DNA of 64,000 nucleotides from Lytechinus pictus (taxonomy: Eukaryota). Shown here piece after piece: positions 47,870-61,460 of this stretch. The position numbers and the translations under genes were made by a program. The stretch spans positions 7,998,001-8,062,000 of the forward strand of contig NC_087245.1 of NCBI RefSeq assembly GCF_037042905.1, given 5' to 3'. Position 1 is the first letter of the stretch. The number at the start of each line of letters is the position of its first letter. The notes under the pieces were generated by a model. It worked only from the letters and a program-made list of their open reading frames with translations. It was not told where the DNA came from and ran no database searches.

Positions 47870-49428
47870 ATAATAAAATACTATGTTCCTTGACCCGAAA
47901 TAACATTTGACCTTGATCATGTGATCCAAGACTTGTGCAAAGAGATCAGCTATACTTGATTACCCCTATGTCCACATTTCATGAACTATATCCATAAACT
48001 TTCAAAGTAATGATGGCAATTACCCCCAATACGGTCAAAGTTCATTGACCTTAAATGACCCTTGGCCTCGGTCATGTGACCTGAAACTCATGCAGGATAT
48101 TAAGTATTACTTGATTGCTCTTAATAAGTTATGTCCAAGTTTCATGAACTAGATCCATACACATTCGACATTGCAAAAAACGTTACATTGGTTTAGATTT
48201 CGTTTTGATTCCCCAGCTATTAATCTAAGTTCATTAACTCTATTAAAATGACCTTTGACCTTGTTCATGTGATATGAACCCGCACGGGATATCCAGTGAT
48301 ATTTGATTACTCATATGTCCAAGTTCACTACAGATCCATAATAAACTATCAAAGTTATGATGGAAATTCAAAAACTACCCCCAAGGTGGTCAAAGTTCAT
48401 TGACCCTAAATGACATTTGACCTTGGTCATTTCACCTGAAACTCAGGCAGTATATTTAGTAAAAGTTGATTACCCTTATATCCAAGTCTAATTAATGTAC
48501 TTTCTAAGTTATGATGACATTTCACAAACTTGACCTTAGGTTAGAGGGGAATCCAACCCAAATAAAAACTTGTTTTTATAAGGAAAAGAAAAATCAGACA
48601 AGTTGATAGGTGAAAGTTTGAACAATATTGGACAAACAATAAGAAAGTTATGAATTTTTAAAAGTTATAAATATTGGTAATCACTATACCCATGGAGACT
48701 TCAAATTGGCCGCATATGGGAAGTCATAGTGATGTAAGGCAAGGACTACTCTTCCATGTACTCCAATACATATTATGGCTAAAATGTCATTTTCCCCAAA
48801 AGTTTTATTTCAAATTAAATTTTTCTTTCATGAGGACATAAAACAATATACTACCTGGGTTATATTTAGATTACTGCCCCAGGGGAATGGGTACTTAGGA
48901 GAAAACCACAAATCCCTGATAATAAAGTACATGGCCTATGGGAAAGTTGTCCTTGCCCCTTGTCATAATTTACTCACTCAGTTGCCAATTTGAAATCTAC
49001 ATAGTATTAGTGATCTCTATTTTAAAGCAGCTATAACTTTCTTATTGCTTGTCCGATTTCTTTCAAACTTTCACCATTCTGTTTAATTTATTTTTCTCCT
49101 TCCCAACACAACATTTTATAGCCAAGGCTGGATTCCCCTTTAAGATTTCGATGTTGATTTCCCTAACATGACTAAGGTCAAAGGTCATTGACCCTAAATG
49201 ACATTTAACCTTAGTCATGTGACCTGAAAATCAGACAGGATGTGAAGTAATACTGGATTACCCTTACGTTCAATTTTCATGAACTATACTCATATACTTT
49301 CTAAGTTACGATGACATTTCAAAAACTTAACTTTAGATTAGGTTTAGATTTCAATGTTGACTCGACGCCGCCACCGCCGTCTCCGCCGTCGGAAAATTGG
49401 CGCCTATGCTAAGCAGGAGAGACAAAAC
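47870..49428 (-). mobile_element. Helentron/DINE-like element with ~185 bp core tandem repeats
   Basis: Repeated TGAC(A/C)TTTGACCTTGGTCATGTGACCTGAAACT; end GACGCCGCC...GTCGGAAA..GGCGCCTAT...GCAGGAGAGACAAAA is the reverse complement of the starts at 52372 and 61035. Confidence 0.65.
48545..49139. mobile_element. Kolobok-like non-autonomous element nested in the previous repeat
   Basis: TTAG|AGGGGAATCCAACC...GGCTGGATTCCCCT|TTAA, plus subterminal inverted GGTGAAAGTTTGAA...CAATAAGAAAGTTAT. Confidence 0.75.
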
Positions 49429-49469
49429 GGAATAAAATTTAATTAATTATATATTTCTAATCGTTATAA

Positions 49470-50310
49470 ACAGAATCTTTATAAGTATAAAAAATATCGC
49501 AATACACTCTCAGGTGTAATAATCGAAATTCGAAAGAAAAAAAATTATTCTAAAGAGATAGAAAACGCAAAAGGGAATTTGAATGCGACGTGGAATGCTA
49601 TAAATAAATTAATAAACAAAAACAAACCACAAAGTAACATTGAAATGCTTGAAATTCAAAATGAAGTATCTACTGAACCATTAAAAATTGCTCAATCGTT
49701 TAATCATTTTTTACGAACATCGATCCTGACTTGCCGTAAAAAATAAGAGTAATATTAAACATTTTACGATCCCAACCCAAATACAATGTGCTTTATTTCA
49801 ACAGATCTACATGCACTACTTAAGATAGTCGAAGCTTTAACTTCAATAAAGTCAAAAGGATATGACGAAATTAGCACAAAATTTTAGAGCATGTAGTATA
49901 TTGCATTGTCTCTCCATTGGAACATATTCTGTCACTCTCGACAGGATGTTGTCCTGATTTATTTAAAGTAGCAAAAGTTTTCCCAGTTTACAAAAAAAAG
50001 ATGAGCATACCACAGTTACTAATTATCATCCTATATCACCTTACCATGTATATCGAAAAATTTTGGGGAAACTGTTTACAAACGATCGGATTCTGTTTTT
50101 ATCACCAAATTAAATTCTTACACCAGCTCAATCGGCTTTAGAAAAAAAAAATTCTCTACCGATTTAGCAATAATTAAACTCCATGATTATATTTTAGCTT
50201 CCCTCTCCAAAAGAAACCATAATTATAATCGCTTTATTAATGGACTTGAGTAGGCCTCCGACACTATTGACCATTAACTGTAGCCTGATAAAAAATAATA
50301 AATTCATTAC
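49470..50310 (+). pseudogene. Heavily degraded LINE reverse transcriptase fragment (CR1/L2-like group)
   Basis: YSKEIENAKGNLNATWNAINKL, SKGYDEIS, PDLFKVAKVFPVYKK, NYHPIS, QIGFRKK, STDLA, MDLSR..DTIDH, across frameshifts. Confidence 0.8.
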
Positions 50311-50541
50311 CTTGATGAAAATATATTTAACTTTTTTTTTTAAGTCAGACCCTACACTCGCACTCACCGCCACTGAGGGAATAGTTTGACCATGGATCAT
50401 TCGCTCCATGGTTTGACTAACCCTATTCTAGGCCTATACCATGTATACTTAGTTGGTATCTATCGCTTTTGGAGCGGTCTCTAATCTGTGTTATACTCAT
50501 TAAAGTTTAATACAATCCTTCCAGATGGTGATCACTGTGCT

Positions 50542-51969
50542 CATGTCGTGCCAGGGGGGCGGTGGGGGCGGTCGCCCCCCCCCCCCCAAAAAAAAAAAAA
50601 AAAAACGAAAAAAAAAAAGGGGAAAAAAAGAGGAGAAAAGGAAAAGCGAAGGGAGGATAGGGAAGAAAGGTTGCTTTGTGGGTTTTTCTTTTTATTCTTA
50701 ATTTTTTTCTCAAAAGAAAAACTCCTTCACTCTTGCATCAAATTTTTATATATGAATTTTGCTTCCGCGCTGCGCGCGGTTAAACATGTTAAATGACAAT
50801 ATGCAGTTCTCCTTTGTTTCCCTCGCCCTTTCTCTAACCCTGTTTTTCCACCTGAGCTATATGTATTTCTTGCCGGTTAAAGTTCAAACGTATACATTAG
50901 GGCATGGAATTAGAGTAAGGTTAGGCCGAAGTATGTGAAGTCATCTTCTTTTTTTTTTTTCAAATTGATCGCGCAACTTCTGGTCGGGTCGGCTCCGGGC
51001 GGGTATAATCTTTATATCAATTTCTGCCGTCACCTCCATAAAGGCATCTTCTCCCGCTTTTCGGCTCATTACTAAACATCCATAATTTGGGGGCACAGGT
51101 TCCTAATTTAAAAAGAGGAAGGTATAAAATTTGTGTCGTTTAAAAAAAAGTACAATATTTTTTTTATCAAATTCTATTAAACTTCATGTCATTTCCCTGC
51201 ACATTCATCTCCTCTCCTGTTTTGCGCCCTCAGTTTGAAATTTTGAATGACACTTAAATTTCTTTATCATTCAAAATGAAGCGCTTCAGGATAAGTCAAA
51301 GAAATTATACATCATCCTTTTTTTATATAATTTCAATAAGTTTCAACTTTTTGCGCACTATTTTCCTTGTAATGAAGTTCAATATTCTTAGACAATCAAT
51401 TGAATTAGAGCCGATGGGGTATTAGAGATATCTGCATTTGATGAAACGTCCGCCCATTGACATTTCAGAGTTTCATTGCTCTGCGCGGGGAGGAATATCT
51501 TCCTCCCGGCATATACCCTTCTTCTCCTCTATTTTGCGAGTTAAAGAAATGCACTGTCGCTAAATTGTTTGTAATCAAATTTGATCTTTCCAAGGAAAGC
51601 ATTCGATATAACTTAGACAATACCCTTTTCTCGGAACCCTTTTCTTTGCAAAAGAAAATGATAAAACGCTTTAGCTTCCGCGCTTCGCGAGGGGTAATTA
51701 TTATTTTAATTTCCTCCATTTTATCCCTTTTCTGTGCGTTCACAATCACCTTTGAAAACAAGGTTCAAAATCACAATATATTCAACTGAATTGGAGCTGA
51801 TATTGGTATTATAGAGACAAGAGAGACGGCTCCTTTTCATTTTAATGTATGAAACACCGAAAGCTTGCACCCACCCCCTAGGGAGCGCGCTACGCGCGCT
51901 CTGTAAGTGTTGGCACGCTTCGCGTGCATTTACCGCCCCCTCCAAAATTAAATCCTGGCTACGCGGTTG
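50542..51969. mobile_element. Probable non-autonomous DNA element
   Basis: GC-rich termini (GCCAGGGGGGCGG... and ...CCTGGCTACGCGGTTG) and internal CGCGCTTCGCG motifs; no TSD seen. Confidence 0.45.
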
Positions 51970-52092
51970 GCCTGAAACAAATGCTGCGCGTAAAAACAAA
52001 AACTTGTAGGTGTCTTTGGGGAAGAATTACTTTGGTTTAATAGGTTACTTGACAAACAAACGAAAACGTGCAGTCATCACGAGAATTTTACA

Positions 52093-52279
52093 CAGTGGCG
52101 TAATGATCCAAAATGAGCAAAAAAAGAAATTCGACATTGTTGTTACAAAAATTCAATTTTGTGATAGATTTTTTACAAAATTTATAAAAAATATCATACT
52201 TCATCATTCTCTCCTTCCTTTTTTCTTTTTTTTCTTGGTAGTGAAAAATTCGGGAGCAAGAGCCCAACCCCAGCCACTG
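52093..52279. mobile_element. Small MITE
   Basis: CAGTGGCGTA...GCCACTG; related to 17973-18214. Confidence 0.6.
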
Positions 52280-52371
52280 CTTTTTACCATGATAAGGGGT
52301 TAATTCTAAGGGAATACCCAAGGGACCTCTCCCGATGCCTTTATTATTCATCTTATTTACTGTCGATATCA

Positions 52372-52540
52372 TTTTTGTCTTGCCTGCATAGCAGGGCGAG
52401 AATATAGGCGCCGCTTTTCCGACGGCGGCGGCGTCAACACCAAATCTTAACCGAAGGTTAAGTTTTTGAAATATCATCATAACTTAAAAAGTATGTGAGC
52501 CTAGTTCATGAAACTTGGAAATAACAGTTATCAAGTTATA
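52372..52540 (+). mobile_element. 5' fragment of the Helentron/DINE-like family
   Basis: TTTTTGTCTTGCCTGCATAGCAGGGCGAGA...GACGGCGGCGGCGTCAAC. Confidence 0.6.
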
Positions 52541-52600
52541 TAATGATATAAACCATTTACGATAAACCGACCATCCAGTTGCCTATTCAATTGCGCACTA

Positions 52601-53238
52601 TACAACGTGTCTCACTAAAATACTGATGGCACTCCATGGGTATAATTTTAAAATTACAACATTATATCGATCATCACACCCGTAAACTGTTATTCATTTT
52701 CTAAACTGGATTAAATGTTATAAATATGGTCTAATTATCAGAAAGATATAAGCATTTTGTTTCATTACACATCAGGTAACATCTCCATCCAAATTTTGTT
52801 TTAAGTAGTATTTGTCAGGTTCTGCCTAGATTTGTTGTCTATTCAAGTGGTGCAATTTGTATCTATTCAATTCACGTTCATTTTGCTCAAGACTTTGGGA
52901 TGAACTATTCATTTACTCCCCTCTCGCGAATAGATATTTTTACATATGTATGCATGAAGCTGAACGCGAATATGAATGTATATAATTTGACCACTTTAGC
53001 TGAACCTGACTACACATACTATTAAAAACAAAACTTGGAATTAGAGATTTTCTGATGAGTGTTGTGAGGAAGACTCATATCTCTGTTTTTCAGCGGAATG
53101 TACCGCATAAAATTTAAGCCAGATGTATAAAATAAATGTCGACGATTAAAAAAAATTGTTTTAACAATATGATTTGGTAATTTTCAAATTATACTCATTT
53201 AGAGTTCCATTAGTATTTTTTGTTGGACACACAACATA
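52601..53238. mobile_element. Old fold-back MITE
   Basis: Degenerate long inverted arms (AAAATACTGATGGCACTC / GAGTTCCATTAGTATTTT; GTCAGGTTC / GAACCTGAC). Confidence 0.6.
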
Positions 53239-54059
53239 TCTATGTATTATTACACAAGATAAATTTGATTGAAATTCTTGAAAGTATTTTTACATCAGAA
53301 CACATGAACGATTATATGTAAATAAACCAAACTTAGTGAAAAGCGTATGCGAGGGGTGTAAAAAGAAAACTATTTGTAAGTTACATGTCAACCATATCTA
53401 ATGCCTGTCAACTGCATATCTACAGTGATTTGCCTCAAAAGAAAAATATCCTTTCATCATCAACGTGAAGGTATTCATTCTTAAGTAAATAGAGTCGATG
53501 AACACAATATTGTTTGGAATGAATTCCAATCATCGGGATCAACCATAAAATTATTTTTATAATCTCCCATTGAAATGGGAATGGCTCGTGTAATGTCGGA
53601 TGCCATGTCACAATTCAAACCGACGATGAAATGTGCAAGTCTGAAATTTCTTTGGAATTGCATTCGGGTCTACAATACATTAGTAACTATAGTAATAACA
53701 ACCACAATGATAAAATTAATTTTAAAAAGCTTTAACTTAGTATGTCAATGGTCACTTTGCTTCGATAAAATCGTTCATCCCGTGATTGTTCATGATTGTT
53801 TTTTCACTTTTCGGAATGTAAACAAAACTTAAATATTTCAAAACTTATTTATTTCAAAACTAAATAACCAACTTGAGTATTACGAGGGCCCGCCCCCTCC
53901 CTATTGGAGGCGCAAAAAAGGGAGAAAGAAAGGGAGAAGAAGGGGAAAGAGAGGAGGAAAAAAGAAGAGGAAATAAGACAATACACGGCAGAAAAATCTT
54001 ATCCACCTACCACTTGCAAGAACAAATACTGCTTTGAATTCTTTTGTGATAGTTTGTAT

Positions 54060-54413
54060 CAAAGAATTGAATAAGTTACCACAAAGCTTTAGATCCAGTT
54101 CAACACTGCCCATATTTAAAAATTCATGTCGAAAATATTTATTTAAAAGATTACAAAGTGTCTTTAATTGAATCTTGACAAACCATATGTGTGCGTGAGG
54201 GTGTGTGTGTATTTTTGTATGTATTTTTCTTATTTACTCTCTAGATTATCATTGTATATATTTTTCATCTCATTCTTGCTGTACTGTACTGTATAAGGGG
54301 CCCCTCTCACAAGCTCTGCTTCTATGTGGTCCCAAACCTATCATGTATTCTCATTTCTTGTTAAATATGTCTCTTGTTTTGATTGGTTTAAATAAACTTG
54401 AACTTGAACTTGA
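54060..54413 (+). mobile_element. LINE 3' end fragment
   Basis: CACAAGC..GCTTCTATGTG hairpin, AATAAA and (CTTGAA)n tail; 5' boundary approximate. Confidence 0.55.
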
Positions 54414-54434
54414 TAAAATTTTCATGAATTCCTA

Positions 54435-55929
54435 CACTGGCGTAAATCCGTGTTGATGGGTGGGGGGGATGACTGAAATATTTTGGCATTTTTTTGCAAT
54501 CATGTTTTCAGATATGCAAGGAATTGTCATTTATATGTCCACAGTGGGTCACGGCATTGGGGGGCACCAGCAAAATTTTTGAATCACTGAGTGAGTGCGC
54601 TAGTGAGGGCGCGAAGCGCGCTCAGTTACCAGTTATACTGACCTAATATAGACATTTTAAGGACAATGTCATTAAACGGATATGTATCTCACTGATCAAA
54701 TAATGCGAGCGCGAAGCGCGAGCTGAAATTTTTTATATTCACACCTAAAAAGGGACATTATAATCAAATTTGTGTAATCATGATAGGTACCTGTCTCGCT
54801 AAACAATGCGAGCGCGAAGCGCGAGCAGAAAACTTAGATAATTCAGACCTGAAGTGGGGCATTCTAAGGTTCCTTTGTAGGAATTAACTAGGACCATACG
54901 TATTTCATTAACCAAACGATGCGAGCGCGAAGCGCGAGCTGAAAATTTTTGATATTCAGGTCAGAAGAAGGGACATTTTAAGGACTGATTTTAGGAATTC
55001 ATGAAGAGCAGACATATCTCACCAATCCACTAATGCGAACGTAATCACGGACAGGAAATGTTTCATATATACGAAGACCTTAACATGGGGCAATCACTTT
55101 TTGAGTCATGAAAGAGAAGCATATGTCACTACATAAAACAATGATAACTCAAGTGCTAGGAAATATATTTGGTTTATATTGACTTGAAAACGGGATGTTT
55201 TAGTACAACAGGATTATATATCTCGTTAAACAGACAATGCGAGCACCAGGAACAATGAAGACGTAGGCGCTGGCTGGGCAAATTATGTTTCATAAAGTTA
55301 TGATAAAAATGTTTCTTATGTAATGTAACATAACATAATTATAATATAATATAACATTATAATGAATAATATTTTCTTCTTTCCCAATACGTTTCTCTTC
55401 CTTTCTCTCTCTTTTCTCCTTTCCCTCCTTTCCCCGTTTTTTTTTTTTGGTCAGCCGATGGGGGGATGTGCCCCCCATGCCCCCCGTAGTTACGCCACTG
55501 TATGTCCATATGGCAAATACCCCTCCAATATTATTATCTTTTTTACCCCATGATGGTTTAATAGTTTTATTAGAGATTACATTCAAAAATTTTTGACATT
55601 CCATCTTAATCCCTTCCCAAAGACCTCAACATTGATGAATTGGAAGAAACGGGGGTTTCTCTTCAATGTTATAATAAGGACATTAGTATTTCGTTTGGAA
55701 ATGGTGAACTGGCTCTTTATTTGCATTTTATGATTCAATAATATTGTTTTATTTGTTAAGCGGTATTTTAGGAAGAATTTTCACCAATAAAACAATTATC
55801 TCTTGTGATTTTTTTCTTCATTTCTTTCGTAAAAAGTGGGGGGATGTTTGTACAGGCCATCCCCCCTCCTCGAAAAGTGGGGGGGATATATCCCCCCCAT
55901 CCCCCCCCCCCCCGGGATTTACGCCAGTG
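54435..55929. mobile_element. hAT-like non-autonomous element, 8-bp TSD AATTCCTA
   Basis: 15-bp TIR CACTGGCGTAAATCC / GGATTTACGCCAGTG; TSD at 54427-54434 and 55930-55937. Confidence 0.9.
54542..55500. mobile_element. Nested hAT-like element, 8-bp TSD TATGTCCA
   Basis: CAGTGG...GCCACTG termini; TSD at 54534-54541 and 55501-55508; GCGAGCGCGAAGCGCGAGC repeats. Confidence 0.85.
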
Positions 55930-55937
55930 AATTCCTA

Positions 55938-56873
55938 TATTAGCTAAATTGTCCCTTTTTCAGAAAGGAATATCGACAAGTGTAATCTCGCGCATAGGAA
56001 GAGGAATAGGGAGATAGTCATAATTTTCATATGATGTCCTTAGACATGTTAGAATGTCCCGGTCCTAGGTCAAAATAATAATAAGAAATATTAGCTCGCG
56101 CTTTGCGCTCGCATCATTTATTAAGTGCGATCCACATCCACCTCACAATATTCCTGCACAGTGCGTGAAATAGTGCTTAAATTGACCCTTTTTTCAGATC
56201 GGAATATCAAATATATATTCAGCTCGCGCTTCGCCCCCGCATTATTGGTGTAGGAAGATACCAAATTACCCATCCTTTTTCATGATTTGCAAAACATGAC
56301 AGTATCCCGTTTTTAGGTCTAATATCTCTTTTTTTCCGCTATAGCGCTTCGCACTCGCATCAATTGTTTAGTTGTATACGTATCCCATTTATGATAACAA
56401 AAAGTGCTTAGAATGTCCATATTTTAGGTCGGAATGTAAAAAATGTTCAGCTCGTATTCGCGCTCGCATTATTTAATCGTTGAAATATGTACCGTCACAA
56501 TGGCTGGCTAACTGCAAAAAAGTCATTACCAGGTTTCTTTTCGATCAGGCCAGAACGCATACTAAAAATTTCTGCGGCTCGCACTTCGCGCTCGCAATAA
56601 TTATATAGTTACATACGCATCTTGTTTAGGAACACAACATAGCCATGTTCAATTTTCAGGACAAAAAAACATGAAATTTCCAACAACAAAAAATAGCTCG
56701 CGTTTCGAGCTCGCGCTATTTGAATAGGGCTTATGTGATTTATAAGAATAAAGTGACTATACCTTTCAAAGAAACAATCAAAAAACAACTTTGAGCGGCC
56801 GGTCGGGGAAAATATGGGATAAAATTTTTCGCCCCCCCCCCCCCTCTATTAACGGGAGCTGGATCCGCCCCTG
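55938..56873 (-). mobile_element. CAGGGGCGGATCCAG-family element, reverse orientation
   Basis: CTGGATCCGCCCCTG ending at 56873; colinear with 32400-33400. Confidence 0.8.
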
Positions 56874-58592
56874 TTAGGTGCCAATTGGATCGAGAAAATA
56901 GTATGGAAATATACATGTAGCTTGCACAGGATCTTTTCGTCCATTATATATTATATTGCCATGGAATTCAGGAGCCACAAAAGATGGGAAGGAGGCTAAA
57001 GACCCCCCCCCCACCCATTTCCACTAAACGGATGCAGTTAATTGCCATCTGATTTTGTGTTGTTGTTGTTGTTTTTGTTTGCATGATGACCTGTTTTAAA
57101 TGCCAATGTCTTGCGCCTGCGCTATACAGGTATATAGTTTATATTGTGATATCTGATTAATTTCAACATGGGGTTCAATGTTTTATTTACATTCTTTTTT
57201 TATATAGGAAAGTCATAAAACAAGCCAGTTACGTTCATTTTTTTCAATCTAGCAAATTTACATCAAACACCGCTGAAGGAAAAGAGGCATTAATATGAAC
57301 AAATATTGAACCCCATCCCCTCTTTCATGGTTATATTTTGTTGTTTTATCGTTGAGAGCTTTGTCCCATATGATACGAGCGAAGATAAATCAATAATGGA
57401 AATAAAAGAATATCAGAAAATTCATCCTTGTAAGAAAAAAATAGATATGTGTGTTTAGTGGGTGGGGTAAAACATCTTTATGTATACCCGACTCTCATGT
57501 TTATGGGTTGTAAATTCATTTCGCAAAGATATAATTCGTTTATGCAAAACATTGCGAAATATTATTACTAAAATAATCGTTTGGTTCAAATAAGTAATTT
57601 CAGGTAAGAAAAATGTAAGTGCAATATCAATTTTAGTGAGAATAAAAACTGTATGGTTATCTAGAAGGCACAAATGGGAAGGGGGTTAGGGCCCATGGAT
57701 GATTTCTTTTACAAGGTCAACATTAATTACGTCATGTCTGGCCTCCTAAAATTTTTTTGGCCCATACTGCTACTGCTAGAAGGGGAATATATTTCTTGTG
57801 ATTTGATGTAGGCTGCATATTATAAGATAGGATCATCAATGAGAAACACCTAAGATTTTGGTTCATTAGAAAGGAAAGTCAGGGAAGTCATCACTGGATT
57901 AATTTTGATTAAATAGAAGCAGGAAGGTTGATAGAAAAAAGCTTGTGAAAAGCAGCATTTTTTGAATTTCTTAAAACTTTTTTTTCGAGGTTTCTAACTA
58001 TGGGGTATTATGTGTATCAGTGATTATTTGCATTGTTATCTTACACAAGGGTGCTGCCAGTATAAATGAAATACATTATCCGAGATTATTAAGAATGTAA
58101 GCCTATTTTTCCAAAATTTGTCTAAATGCAAGATTATATAACTGTAAGCTCCTTTCATAAAGCTCAGGACTTCTCCGACGACTTCCCTTTATTAATGAAT
58201 AACATAAGCTTATATTATGATTATGTCGTTAGGGTAGTATTTCGTAATGACAAATTAATTTTTCAGTACCTCGTAATGGGAAGCCTTTAGTTTATGATGT
58301 TTTGCATAAATAGCTAACATGTCAAAGAAACCATACGTGGAATGTACCTGTATATGTTGTAGGCCTACATTCAATAGCAATATAACAATAAAATGCAAAG
58401 TTTTACTCATGAAGTAAAAGAAAAGAATAGAAAAATAAGAGTAAATTGAAGGCATCAAGTCATGCAGCATCAATCGTAGTTGATGATTGAATTAATACAT
58501 GTGTGATCGTCAACAGAACAAAGTGATGATTAAGAGATTTTGAAATTTTTTTTTTTTTTTTTTATTACAGCCAGTCCTGGTGCGAAAACGTG

Positions 58593-59314
58593 TTTATACG
58601 CCCGTCCTATGAGACGTATTAAGATATCACGCTCGGTGTCCGTCCGTCCGTGTTTCCTTGTAAACGCGATAACTTCAGTTAAACGTAACCTAAGCTCATA
58701 TAATTTGGTGTGTATGATACTAGCATGAATCCCAGGAAGCCTTTTGATTTTGAGGTAAAAAGGTCAAAGGTGCACAGTGACATGTTTTCATCTACCCTTC
58801 TGCAGTCCTTGTAAACGCGATAACTTCAGTTTAATCTAATCTAGGCTCATATAATTTTGTGTGTATGATACTAGCATGAATCCCAGGAAGCCTATTGATT
58901 TTGAAGTCAAAAGGTCAAAGGTCAACATCACAGTGGCATGTTTTCATTTTACCATCTGAAGTCCATATGAACGCGATAACTTTAGTTTAACTTAACCTAG
59001 GCTCATATAATTTAGTGTGTACGATACTAGCATGAATCCCAGGACGCCTGTTGAGTTTGAGGTCAAAAGGTCAAATGTGAAGATCACTGTGACATGTTAT
59101 CATCTTACCCTTCAAGTCCTTGTAAACGCGATAACTTTAGTTTAACTTGACCTAGGCTCATATAATTTGGTGTGTATGATACTAGCATGGAACCCAGGAA
59201 GTCTATTGATTTTGAGGTCAGAAGGGCAAAGGTGAAGTCGCCACCTTCCACTTTTCTTGCTTGACCAATTACTCCATTTTTCCGCACTACAGTCGCCTTA
59301 GCGACACTCTTGTT
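58593..59314 (+). mobile_element. Helentron-associated / DINE-1-like element with four ~155 bp core repeats
   Basis: TTTATACGCCCGTC start, (GTCC)n, repeats at ~58656/58807/58962/59118, 3' hairpin GTCGC-CTTA-GCGAC, then ACTCTTGTT. Confidence 0.75.
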
Positions 59315-60617
59315 AAATTGTAAAATCATTTTCTAGAAGCGTGTTTTACTCTTTGAAATCCAGAAACCGTTCACAGGGTGACTATTCGGTATCCTTTCGA
59401 CAAGTAGGCCTATAATTTTTTTATTTGCACAATCATGCGTGAAATATCATGACTTAGAAGACTTCAAATATATGTTTAAGTACATAATTATATCAATAAG
59501 TAATATGCTAGAATATAACTGTCATTCAGTTAGTTTTAGGTATCATTCTAAAAAAAAGGTTTGTCTATTCATTTATATCTGAAGTAAGCATGCCATAACT
59601 TATATATAGATCAAACGTAAAAGGAAATACATTAAAGATAAAAACTACAAATACGTCATCGTTTATTGACCATGACTGCGATATTAAATTAATGATCGGT
59701 AATTATTGGTTACTCCTGGGACGCAATAAAAAGTGTTCATTCATAACTTTTGATAAATTAAGTGTTTGAGATCATGGACCTATTACAAACATACAATTAG
59801 AATAAAAATCAATAAAATGAGATAAATCCCCTTCTTGATAAAGCAAATCATTTTCATAAATCTAAGAACGACCGCCCCCCCCCCCTCCTGTGGACCTGGA
59901 AAAAAGTTATATCAAGTACCCAACAATAAACTTAACCCTATATTAGATTATAATAATTATAATACACCCGTAAATCAATTCATGTGATCTATGACTCATT
60001 CATATTTACTATTATCAAATATTATTTCCTCCGAAAAGAATGGGACCACTGTGAATGAGATTATCAGGCCGTGGAAATTTCTTTTCATTTTTTGGAATAC
60101 GCCCTGAAGATGATAAATCAAATATTTTATATTTTTGACAAACGTTCGTTGTAACACATTTCATGTAATATGTGTGGATTTTAATCAATAAATATGTGAG
60201 GATTTTAATCAATAAATTTTGAAACTTGTAATACCATGTAGCATTCACAGCATGAATTGCAATTTTCAGGCGCAGCATTCAGGTATACCGATGTACACAT
60301 GCCTGTCCATGGGTTTTAAAAATACCCCCCCTAACAGTTTTTATACTTCAAATAACACCCTTAACGAGGACATTGCGCGGTTTCTTATTACACTGACCCC
60401 TAATATACAGGATTGATAAAATTCCGAAACTTAAATCACTTAAATGAAAAGCTCCATAATGGACCCCCTTTAAAAAAAAAATTAGTCATGTTTTGACCCC
60501 TTAATATGTAACGCACGTTACACCCATATACCTTTATGCCCTGTTCGCCCCCTGTTTTATTTGATGTTGTTTTTTTTTTCTTCAATGACCATTAGTACAT
60601 TATTGTTTTCATAGCAG

Positions 60618-60774
60618 GGGGCGTTTCATGAAAGGACTTGACGGACGTTTTATCCGACAAGTCCCATTTTATCCGACAGTTACCATAGTAATAGTACTTC
60701 TCAGCCAATCAACATCAGAGAAAGATGTCAGATCTGACAACTTGTCGGATGAAAATGTTGATGAAACACTCCCC
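60618..60774. mobile_element. Small MITE
   Basis: GGGGCGTTTCAT...ATGAAACACTCCCC termini and inner TCCGACAAG / CTTGTCGGA. Confidence 0.6.
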
Positions 60775-61034
60775 AGAAGTTACTGTCGTGATATTTTTTG
60801 TCCATTCATTTTTTTTCCAATGCAAGGAAATGTTATTATTTTATTGCGTCACCTGTGTCTGGAAAGCGAAGTGTATTATTTTCACTCGATACAGTTGATT
60901 GGGACGATACACCGGTATTCTCCCTACATAATATGTGAAAGGATATAATTTGACTCGTTAATAACCTTACCAGTGAGGTCTATCTTGCCCATTACAAAGA
61001 GCACCAGAAGTCAAATTAGATTCAGCGTTACTAC

Positions 61035-61460
61035 TTTTTGTCTCGTCTGCATATGCGGCGCCGTCAACATCAAATCTTAGAATTGGGTTAAGTTTTTGAA
61101 ATGACATCATAACTTAGAAAGTATATGGACCTATTTCATGAAACTTAGACACAAGGGTATTCAAGTATTACTGAAGATCTTACCGAGTTTAAAGTCAAAT
61201 GATTAAGGTCAAAGGTTATTTAGGGTCACTGAACTTTGGACATGTTGGGGGTTTTTGTTGAATTTCCATTAACTTAAGTTTTATGGAGCTATAACTTGGA
61301 CATATGTGTAATCAAGTATCATTGAACATCCTGTGCGAGTTTCAGGTCACATGACCAAGGTCGAAGGTCATTTTACGTCGATGAACTTTGGCCATGTTAT
61401 AGGTGAATTGCCATCATAACTTTGAAGTTTATAGATATAGATAAGGAAACGTGGACATGT
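61035..61460 (+). mobile_element. Helentron/DINE-like family copy
   Basis: TTTTTGTCTCGTCTGC...GGCGCCGTCAACATCAAATCTTA and AGGTCACATGACCAAGGTC core repeats. Confidence 0.65.
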
